64,000 nt of DNA, from assembly GCA_900540305.1 (NCBI GenBank), contig UQFL01000001.1, forward strand, positions 45,144 to 109,143. Direction: 5' to 3'. The position numbers were made by a program, and so were the translations under genes. Under the pieces are notes generated by a model that ran no database searches, had not been told where the DNA came from, and saw only the letters and a program-made list of their open reading frames with translations. This stretch comes from an uncultured Oscillospiraceae bacterium. GTDB lineage: Bacteria > Bacillota > Clostridia > Oscillospirales > Acutalibacteraceae. This document shows, one piece after another, positions 57,421 through 64,000 of the stretch; position 1 is the first letter of the stretch; each line of letters opens with the position of its first letter.

Positions 57421-57941
57421 TCCATATATAATACTATTTCAGAGCTTTCAAGAGTTTTCTTAACATCTATAACCCTCTGGTTTTCTGAGCCTCTGAATTT
57501 GAGCATTATGTTTTTAAGCTCCTTGTTGAATTTTCCGTCAACAAGAATATCAATATATTTCAGCATTTCAACCGAAATATCCGTGAATGCTCTGCTCGCC
57601 TTTTTACCCGTTATTTCCTCAAATGTAAAGCCGCTGTAACACCATACATTCTTTTGCGGATAGCGGTTTTTAAAATCTTTTAAAAGTTTTAAAAGCTCTT
57701 TTTGATTTTCAGGCTCAAACGGTTCGCCGCCTAAAAGGGAAAGCCCCGCAATCCACGGCGGCGCCATAGAATCAAGAATTTCCTGCTCCGTTTCTTCGCT
57801 CCAAGGTTTGCCGTATGAAAAATCCCACGCAATCTCATTGAAACAATCGGGGCAGTGATGGCGGCATCCTGAAACAAACAGCGATGTTCTTACGCCCTCG
57901 CCGTTTGCAATATCATTTGTTTTAATTTCAGCAACATTCAT
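57417..57941 (-). CDS. nrdG: Anaerobic ribonucleoside-triphosphate reductase activating protein (radical SAM)
   Basis: ...NDIANGEGVRTSLFVSGCRHHCPDCFN... contains the C-x3-C-x2-C radical-SAM cluster motif. The start is set at the ATG at 57941, after the RBS GGTGA. The ORF-track start at 57965 has no RBS. Confidence 0.85.
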   Translation of the reverse strand: MNVAEIKTNDIANGEGVRTSLFVSGCRHHCPDCFNEIAWDFSYGKPWSEETEQEILDSMAPPWIAGLSLLGGEPFEPENQKELLKLLKDFKNRYPQKNVWCYSGFTFEEITGKKASRAFTDISVEMLKYIDILVDGKFNKELKNIMLKFRGSENQRVIDVKKTLESSEIVLYME

Positions 57942-57994
57942 ATTTATCACCAAAAGAAGCGGCACAGCAGTGCCGCTTCGCCTTTTTTACAATA

Positions 57995-60178
57995 TTAAAG
58001 GTGAAGAACTCTGTCTCTGATTTCCTGAGTTCTGCCCTGATTCCAGAACTGAGTTCCTATGTAGCCGCAGGTGCGTCTTGCAACATTCAGTTTGTTCTGG
58101 TCCTCATTGCCGCAGTTGGGGCAACGCCAAACGAGCTTGCCGTCCTCTTCAACAATTTTGATTTCACCGTCATATCCGCAAACCTGGCAGTAGTCGCTCT
58201 TTGTGTTGAGCTCTGCATACATAATGTGGTTGTAGATATACTGCATAACGGAAAGAACAGCGGGAATATTGTCCTGCATATTCGGTACTTCAACATAGCT
58301 GATAGCGCCGCCGGGTGAAAGTTTCTGGAATTCAGCTTCAAATTCAAGCTTCTTGAAAGCGTCAATCGGCTCGGAAACATGAACATGATAGCTGTTTGTG
58401 ATGTAGTTTTTATCAGTAACGCCCGGAATTTTGCCGAATCTCTTCTGAAGGCACTTTGCAAATTTATATGTTGTAGATTCAAGCGGAGTGCCGTAAACAG
58501 AGAAGTCGATGTTTTCTTTTTCTTTCCATTCCTTGCACGCATCGTTAAGCTTCTGCATAACAGAGAGCGCAAAGCCTTTTGCTTCTTCGTCCGTATGGCT
58601 CTTTCCAGTCATATACTTAACGCACTCGTAAAGACCTGCGTAACCAAGAGATATTGTTGAGTATCCGCCGAAAAGAAGCTTGTCTATTGTTTCGCCCTTC
58701 TTAAGTCTTGCAAGAGCGCCGTACTGCCAAAGAATAGGAGCAACATCGCTCGGAGTGCCGAGAAGTCTGTTGTGGCGGCACATAAGAGCACGATAGCAAA
58801 GGTCAAGTCTTTCGTCAAATATCTTCCAAAACTTTGTCATATCGCCGCCTGAAGAGCAAGCAATGTCAACAAGGTTGATTGTAACAACGCCCTGATTAAA
58901 TCTGCCATAGTATTTGCCCTTGCCTGTTTTCGGGTCAACATAGGGGGTAAGGAATGAGCGGCAGCCCATGCAGGTGTAAACAGCAGAATTGCCGTTTTTG
59001 TCTATTTTCAGCTCACGCATTTTCTTTGCTGAAATATAGTCGGGAACCATTCTTTTTGCTGTGCACTGAGCGGCAAGGCAGGTGGTTTCCCAGTATTTTG
59101 AGCCCTCTGTGATATTGTCCTCGTCAAGAACATAAATAAGCTTCGGGAAAGCGGGTGTAATCCATACGCCGCTCTCATTTTTAACGCCCTTGATTCTCTG
59201 GCGCAATACCTCTTCAATGATAAGTTTAAGGTCGTCTCTTGTCTGTCCCTCGGGAACTTCGTCAAGATACATAAATACTGTTACGAACGGAGCCTGACCG
59301 TTTGTTGTCATAAGAGTGATAACCTGGTACTGAATCATCTGAACACCGCGGTTAATCTCTTCCTTAACTCTCATTTCGGTGATTTTGCTAATCTGCTCTT
59401 CATCAGGCTCTATTCCTGCTTCTTCAAGTTCAGCTTTAACTTCTTTTCTGAACTTCTGTCTGCTGAGGTCAACAAAAGGAGCAAGGTGAGAAAGGCTGAT
59501 GCTCTGTCCGCCATACTGGCTTGAAGCTATCTGTGCAATTATCTGTGTTGCGATGTTGCAAGCCGTTGAAAAGCTGTGCGGTTTTTCAATCATCGTTCCG
59601 CTGATAACCGTGCCGTTTTGAAGCATATCCTCAAGATTTACAAGGTCGCAGTTGTGCATATGCTGTGCAAAATAGTCTGCGTCGTGGAAATGGATAATTC
59701 CGTTTTCGTGCGCTTCAACTATATCCTGCGGTAAAAGAATTCTCTTTGTAAGGTCTTTTGAAACCTCGCCGGCCATATAGTCTCTCTGAACGCTGTTTAC
59801 AGTGGGGTTCTTGTTTGAATTTTCCTGTTTAACCTCTTCGTTGTTGCATTCAATAAGAGTTAAAATCTGCTCGTCCGTAGTGTTTGATTTACGGATAAGT
59901 GAGCGGTTGTAACGATATTTAACATATCTTTTTGCAACTTCAAAAGCGCCCTGCGCCATAATCTGGTTTTCTACTATATCCTGAATTTCTTCAACTGAAA
60001 GCGCACGAGCCGCTTTCATAATCTTAAATTCAACAAATTCAGCTATATCGCTGATTTGAGACGCTGTAAGCTCCTCTTTCTCGCAAGCGGCGTTTGCCTT
60101 TGTTACGGCTGCTACTATTTTGCTTAAATCAAATTCTGCTTCTGAGCCGTTTCTCTTTATAATCTTCATTTCATTCAC
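57995..60178 (-). CDS. nrdD: Anaerobic ribonucleoside-triphosphate reductase (class III RNR)
   Basis: 727 aa. An N-terminal ATP-cone-like region, a C-terminal Zn-ribbon (CQVCGY...CPNCGN) and the glycyl-radical motif RRTCGYIGT are present. Confidence 0.95.
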   Translation of the reverse strand: MNEMKIIKRNGSEAEFDLSKIVAAVTKANAACEKEELTASQISDIAEFVEFKIMKAARALSVEEIQDIVENQIMAQGAFEVAKRYVKYRYNRSLIRKSNTTDEQILTLIECNNEEVKQENSNKNPTVNSVQRDYMAGEVSKDLTKRILLPQDIVEAHENGIIHFHDADYFAQHMHNCDLVNLEDMLQNGTVISGTMIEKPHSFSTACNIATQIIAQIASSQYGGQSISLSHLAPFVDLSRQKFRKEVKAELEEAGIEPDEEQISKITEMRVKEEINRGVQMIQYQVITLMTTNGQAPFVTVFMYLDEVPEGQTRDDLKLIIEEVLRQRIKGVKNESGVWITPAFPKLIYVLDEDNITEGSKYWETTCLAAQCTAKRMVPDYISAKKMRELKIDKNGNSAVYTCMGCRSFLTPYVDPKTGKGKYYGRFNQGVVTINLVDIACSSGGDMTKFWKIFDERLDLCYRALMCRHNRLLGTPSDVAPILWQYGALARLKKGETIDKLLFGGYSTISLGYAGLYECVKYMTGKSHTDEEAKGFALSVMQKLNDACKEWKEKENIDFSVYGTPLESTTYKFAKCLQKRFGKIPGVTDKNYITNSYHVHVSEPIDAFKKLEFEAEFQKLSPGGAISYVEVPNMQDNIPAVLSVMQYIYNHIMYAELNTKSDYCQVCGYDGEIKIVEEDGKLVWRCPNCGNEDQNKLNVARRTCGYIGTQFWNQGRTQEIRDRVLHL

Positions 60179-60246
60179 CTCTGAAAAAAGTAACAGAAAT
60201 ATTACTGAGTTACAAATCTGTTACAGTTAAAGTCGACTGCTTTTAC

Positions 60247-60275
60247 ATAATATCAAAATATAGTTGCCTTGTCAA
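60247..60275 (-). promoter_or_regulatory. Sigma-A-type promoter for nrdDG (minus strand)
   Basis: On the minus strand: TTGACA (plus-strand coordinates 60270-60275), a 17 nt spacer, then TATTAT (plus-strand coordinates 60247-60252). Confidence 0.5.
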
Positions 60276-60292
60276 TAGAAATACGCAAAAAA

Positions 60293-60308
60293 ATACAATA
60301 TATAGTGC
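60293..60308. promoter_or_regulatory. Candidate NrdR box
   Basis: The site aTaCAATATATAGTGc matches the published NrdR box consensus acaCwAtATaTwGtgt at 14 of 16 positions. A weaker second candidate (caACAATATGTAGatt, core 9 of 10) lies at 60331-60346. Both are upstream of the nrdD -35 element. Confidence 0.4.
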
Positions 60309-60494
60309 AAAAAATGGACACTTAAAGAAAAATCAACAATATGTAGATTTTGGATTTTGAGGCGCTTTTGTTCGTTTTTTGGCTTTGCTGCGAGGTTTAG
60401 AGCGGTATTATGCCGCTTTTGTGATGATAAAGGTTACAAATTTACAAGTACAATTTGTATAATAAAAGTCAGACATTAAAACACCTGTTTTGTA

Positions 60495-60523
60495 TTGACA
60501 AAATACATCAAAGTATTTATAAT
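60495..60523 (+). promoter_or_regulatory. Consensus sigma-A promoter driving the TPP riboswitch and thiT
   Basis: TTGACA at 60495-60500, a 17 nt spacer, then TATAAT at 60518-60523. Confidence 0.7.
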
Positions 60524-60529
60524 ATGTAT

Positions 60530-60660
60530 AACTTAATAAGTCAGGGGTGCCGAAAGGCTGAGATTATACCCTTCGACCTGTCCGTTAGCACGGTCAGCGG
60601 AGACGATGTAATATTGCGTAATTGCGCCCCGTTCTGTTGTGAATGGGGCTTTTTCTTTTG
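60530..60660 (+). promoter_or_regulatory. TPP (THI-box) riboswitch with an intrinsic-terminator expression platform
   Basis: The aptamer contains the conserved elements GGGGUGCC, GGCUGAGA, ACCCUUCGACCUG and UCAGCGGAGA. It is followed by the hairpin gcgcccc...ggggc plus UUUUUCUUUU at 60624-60660. Confidence 0.8.
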
Positions 60661-60693
60661 GCTTGTTGAGAATATTATGAAAGGAGAAATAAA

Positions 60694-61284
60694 ATGGAAG
60701 TAACATCTATAAACAAAACAAGAAGAATTACTGAAACGGCAATAATGATTGCCCTTGCAACAGTTCTTTCTTATGTAGTATTTTCTAAACTTCCGATGGG
60801 CGGCAGTGTAACTCTTTTCAGTCAGGTTCCTATTATTATTATAGGTTATCGCTACGGACTTAAATGGGGTGCAGCGACAGGCGTTATCCACGGTCTTTTG
60901 CAGATGGTTCTTCAGGGACTTGAGAACTTCTCTTATGTAAAAGGAATCGGTTCTTACCTTATCCTTATTTTTGCCGATTATGTTGTTGCGTTTATGGTTC
61001 TCGGAATCGGCGGAGCATTGTTCAAGAAAGCAGTTAAAAATCAGGCTCTTGCCCTTGGTTTAGGTGCTGCGGTTGCAAGTGTACTTCGTTATCTTTGCCA
61101 CTTTGTTTCAGGTGCTACAATATGGAAAGAGTATGCAGGCGACCAGGCAGTTTGGTTTTACAGCTTAACTTATAACGCTACATATATGCTTCCTGAGTTA
61201 ATCATATCTGTAATCGGCGTTGTTTTGCTTGCAGTTGTGCTTGATTTCAACAGCCCAACTCTTATCAGAAAGAAGAAAGCGTAA
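60694..61284 (+). CDS. thiT: Thiamine transporter ThiT (ECF-type S component / YuaJ family)
   Basis: 196 aa with about six TM helices. It lies immediately downstream of a TPP riboswitch, the classic genomic context for thiT/yuaJ. Confidence 0.6.
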   Translation: MEVTSINKTRRITETAIMIALATVLSYVVFSKLPMGGSVTLFSQVPIIIIGYRYGLKWGAATGVIHGLLQMVLQGLENFSYVKGIGSYLILIFADYVVAFMVLGIGGALFKKAVKNQALALGLGAAVASVLRYLCHFVSGATIWKEYAGDQAVWFYSLTYNATYMLPELIISVIGVVLLAVVLDFNSPTLIRKKKA

Positions 61285-61299
61285 CAGAACGCAAAAATT

Positions 61300-61335
61300 A
61301 AGCGTGCCTTAGAAAAAAGGCACGCTTTTTTTATT
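61300..61335 (+). terminator. Rho-independent terminator after thiT
   Basis: Stem agcgtgcctt / aaggcacgct is followed by TTTTTTTATTTG. Confidence 0.85.
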
Positions 61336-61440
61336 TGTTAATAAATTTTGAATTTACAAACTAATTTTATTTGTTAAAATATTGACAAAAATATACAGCA
61401 TATGATACTATAAAAACATCAAATAACAGGAGGTTTAGTT

Positions 61441-62193
61441 ATGGAAGGTAATAATTATCAGCCTAATGACCAAAACAATCAGTATTATTCACAACCAAAC
61501 CCTCAGGAGCAGTATCAGAATCCAAATTATAATTATCAGTATCCAATGCCTCCTGTAGAACAAAAGGCAAATGTAGGTCTTGCAATTCTTTCATTTCTTA
61601 TTCCGATTGCAGGTCTTATCATTTTCCTTGTTGAAAAGGATAAGAAACCCAAAACAGCAAAGGCAAGCGGAATTTGCGCACTTGTAAGTTTTATTTTGTA
61701 CATCATATTCTATGTTGTTATGTTTGCTATCGGCGGCTGGGCTATATCCAATGCTCCTGAAGATGCTTTCTCTGACAGCGACTTTTCATATTACGAAGAG
61801 TTCGATGCAGAAGAGCCCTCAGATGACGGTACAGTATATGTGCAGGACGGTAATCTCGGCAATTTCGTATGCAATGTTAAAGAATCTGTAATCACAACAG
61901 ATTATGAAGGAAATCCCGCTCTTGTTGTTACATATGAATTTACAAATAATTCAGATGAAGCCTCAAGTTTTGATTTAAGTATTTCAGACACCGCTTTTCA
62001 AAATGGTGTGAGCCTTGAAATGGCATTTATGGATGACCTTGAATATGAAGACAAGCAAATAAAGCCGGGCGTTACAATTGATGTTCAGAAAGCTTATGTT
62101 CTTAACGATACTGAAAATTCAGTTGAAATAGAATTAAGCGAGCTTTTCAATATGGACAGCGCTACATCAGTAACAGTTATTGAACTTGTATAA
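61441..62193 (+). CDS. Membrane protein with a Q/N/Y/P-rich N-terminal low-complexity region, two TM helices (DUF4190-like) and a C-terminal extracytoplasmic beta-sandwich (DUF4352/DUF5067-like) domain; function unknown
   Basis: MEGNNYQPNDQNNQYYSQPNPQEQYQNPNYNYQYPMPP is followed by VGLAILSFLIPIAGLIIFLV and a second TM helix. A ~130 aa domain follows (...VVTYEFTNNSDEASSFDLSI...). Family names are from memory. Confidence 0.5.
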   Translation: MEGNNYQPNDQNNQYYSQPNPQEQYQNPNYNYQYPMPPVEQKANVGLAILSFLIPIAGLIIFLVEKDKKPKTAKASGICALVSFILYIIFYVVMFAIGGWAISNAPEDAFSDSDFSYYEEFDAEEPSDDGTVYVQDGNLGNFVCNVKESVITTDYEGNPALVVTYEFTNNSDEASSFDLSISDTAFQNGVSLEMAFMDDLEYEDKQIKPGVTIDVQKAYVLNDTENSVEIELSELFNMDSATSVTVIELV

Positions 62194-62211
62194 GACAAAA
62201 TAATATTAATT

Positions 62212-62247
62212 AGCAGGTAGGAAAATCTCCTGCCTGCTTTTTTTCTT
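62212..62247 (+). terminator. Rho-independent terminator
   Basis: Stem agcaggtagga / tcctgcctgct is followed by TTTTTTTCTTG. Confidence 0.8.
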
Positions 62248-62323
62248 GCAAAAGTAAAGGTTTATAGTATAATGAAGACAGATACTAATTTTCCCGCGCA
62301 TATATTTTATAAGAGGGTTGTTT

Positions 62324-63757
62324 ATGGGGCGCTTTCATTGCGATGGTCTTGTTATAAGAGATGAATTAAACAGGCAAAGAATATTCAGAGGGGTAAATGT
62401 CTGTTTAAAGGAACCACATTTAAAGGAAAAAGAACTGAGAAAACAGCTTTTAAATAAAAAGCAGTTTGAAGGCTTTGAAAAAACAGGCACTAATCTTATA
62501 AGACTGGGAGTAACCTGGGCGCTTCTTGAACCTGAAAAGGGTAAATATAATCTTGAAGCACTGAATGTTTTAGATGAATTTGCCGCAAAATGTGAAAAAC
62601 AGGGTATATTTATAATGCTTGATATGCATCAAGACCTGTTTTCGCACAGATTTCATGGTGACGGTGCGCCTGAGTGGGCGGTTGAATATATAAAAAAAGC
62701 CAAGCCGCCGTTTGCCGTGTGGGCGGAAGGTTATTTTTATATGTCGTCCGTTCAAACGGCGTTTTACGATTTTTGGAGCAACGCCTTTAATATGCAGGAC
62801 GATTTTTTCAGGTGTTGGGAAGTGTTTTCAAATGCGCTTTCAAACAGGGAAAATGTAATAGCATGCGATTATTTCAATGAGCCTTACCCGCATGAAAACG
62901 GCAGAAAACTATTCTTATCATTCCTGTCAGAGGTTTTGAATCTTGCGTACGGAAAAAGAATAAATTTCGAAAAGTATTTTAAAAATACAAATGAGCATTT
63001 TGCTTTTATAAAAACCGTTGCCAAGGCTGCGTCAATTATCAGAACTCCTAAAAGATTTGACAAGGCTATGGATAAAACGGAAAATATTTCGGAATTTTCG
63101 GATATAGGCAAATCACTTGAAAAGTATACTCAAAATTTTAACAGCAGATATTATGAGCCATTTTTTAAGCGTGCCTGTAACGATATAGGAAAAGATTGTT
63201 TGAATGCTTTTGAGCATAATTATTATTCAAATCTTGGTATACCATTTTATATAGATACAAGAAATATTGAAGAAAACTGTGTTTACAGTCCACACGCTTA
63301 TGATATATTTGTAGATTCTCCGCTGTATGATAAATACTGCTCAAACAGCCGTATTATAAGTATAATCAACACCATAAGGGATAACCAGTTGAATATGAAT
63401 GTGCCCGTAATTTTCGGTGAATGGGGCGCAAACGGAAAAGGGGAGATATTTGAAAATCACCTTTCCTGTATTATGGAGCTTTTTGAAAAATATCAGTGGA
63501 GCAGTACTTATTGGGGCTTTGATTTTAAAAACAAGGAACTTGAAAAAGTATTTAACAGACCGTATCCGAGCGCCGTTTGCGGCGATATTATAAGCATAAA
63601 TACGGATTATGAAGAACGCACATTTGAACTTGTATGGCGTCAAGAAAAGGCTTGCAGAGTTAATGATAAAGTGTGCAATGATATATATATACCTGACAGA
63701 GGCTTTGTTAAATTAGAGGGCAAAGCGGGCGAGAATATAATAAAAATTAACTACTGA
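62324..63757 (+). CDS. Glycoside hydrolase family 5 protein (cellulase superfamily; endoglycoceramidase-like architecture), apparently cytoplasmic (no signal peptide)
   Basis: The GH5 acid/base NEP (YFNEPYPH) and the nucleophile in IFGEWGANG are present. The start is set at the ATG at 62324, 6 nt after the AAGAGGG RBS. The ORF-track position 62318 is a TTG. Confidence 0.7.
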   Translation: MGRFHCDGLVIRDELNRQRIFRGVNVCLKEPHLKEKELRKQLLNKKQFEGFEKTGTNLIRLGVTWALLEPEKGKYNLEALNVLDEFAAKCEKQGIFIMLDMHQDLFSHRFHGDGAPEWAVEYIKKAKPPFAVWAEGYFYMSSVQTAFYDFWSNAFNMQDDFFRCWEVFSNALSNRENVIACDYFNEPYPHENGRKLFLSFLSEVLNLAYGKRINFEKYFKNTNEHFAFIKTVAKAASIIRTPKRFDKAMDKTENISEFSDIGKSLEKYTQNFNSRYYEPFFKRACNDIGKDCLNAFEHNYYSNLGIPFYIDTRNIEENCVYSPHAYDIFVDSPLYDKYCSNSRIISIINTIRDNQLNMNVPVIFGEWGANGKGEIFENHLSCIMELFEKYQWSSTYWGFDFKNKELEKVFNRPYPSAVCGDIISINTDYEERTFELVWRQEKACRVNDKVCNDIYIPDRGFVKLEGKAGENIIKINY

Positions 63758-63759
63758 AA

Positions 63760-63798
63760 CAAAAACAGGACTTGCAAATGCAAGTCCTGTTTCTTTTA
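63760..63798. terminator. Bidirectional rho-independent terminator
   Basis: A 13-bp perfect stem aacaggacttgca / tgcaagtcctgtt with flanking A/T runs. Confidence 0.85.
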
Positions 63799-64000
63799 AT
63801 AATATTTTGTAACCCATCCGTCTTTATCGGTTGCGGGTTCGTTTGATGAGGTGGGCTTTTCACCGTTTGGCTTAGTGGTGCTGTTTTTTTCACCTGTGCC
63901 TGATGAATTTCCACCCGGGAAGTTTACCGAATTGTCATCCTTACTGCCGCTTGATTTGTTTGCTGAAGAAGCAGTAGTTTTATCGGTGTTTTTATTAGTG
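63796..64000 (-). CDS. 3' end of a minus-strand CDS that continues beyond the window; C-terminal S/T/N/G/K-rich low-complexity tail; product unknown
   Basis: Manual translation of the minus strand gives ...TNKNTDKTTASSANKSSGSKDDNSVNFPGGNSSGTGEKNSTTKPNGEKPTSSNEPATDKDGWVTKYY* with a TAA stop (plus-strand TTA at 63796-63798). It was not in the ORF track because it is truncated by the window edge. Confidence 0.35.
   Translation of the reverse strand, partial: TNKNTDKTTASSANKSSGSKDDNSVNFPGGNSSGTGEKNSTTKPNGEKPTSSNEPATDKDGWVTKYY

Noticed and set aside
60380-60410. gcgg-tattat-gccgc-tttt as a possible terminator
   Set aside because: The stem is only 4-5 bp and no gene ends nearby. It lies inside the divergent promoter region.

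Overview
This 64 kb window looks like core chromosome of a low-GC, strictly anaerobic Firmicute, probably a gut Clostridia / Oscillospiraceae-like organism. Taxonomy is inferred only from gene content and could not be checked by search. There are no rRNA or tRNA genes, no CRISPR array and no obvious mobile element. Coding density is high, with about 59 CDSs. Recognisable housekeeping genes are the pyrG 3' end, gap, galM, hflX, an rsuA-like gene, queH, rarA, nth, aroK, guaB, rpe, zapA, maf, ksgA, split transketolase tktN/tktC, and anaerobic ribonucleotide reductase nrdDG. A cell-envelope and division block contains a gene for a membrane protein with two FHA domains, translationally coupled SEDS (rodA/ftsW-type) and class-B PBP genes, and then ftsE-ftsX followed by three tandem paralogous genes for secreted coiled-coil M23 metallopeptidases. 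A second envelope locus has a putative sorting-signal substrate, a class B sortase and an LCP-family protein whose N-terminal tail is strongly histidine-rich. Glycan-utilisation genes are scattered through the window: GH36 and GH27 alpha-galactosidases, a GH29 alpha-L-fucosidase, a GH5 enzyme and galM. A marR gene sits ahead of a pair of ABC exporter genes, with a tandem palindromic operator candidate in its promoter. An ABC-F ATPase gene is preceded by a 10-codon upstream ORF. A TPP riboswitch with a terminator-type expression platform precedes a thiT-like transporter gene. Two candidate NrdR boxes lie upstream of nrdD. Most intergenic gaps contain clear sigma-A-like promoters and rho-independent, often bidirectional, terminators. 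The most notable observations are the FtsEX plus three M23 peptidase array, the sortase B / LCP locus, and an rpe operon that contains two uncharacterised envelope proteins, mgtE and an L,D-transpeptidase gene.
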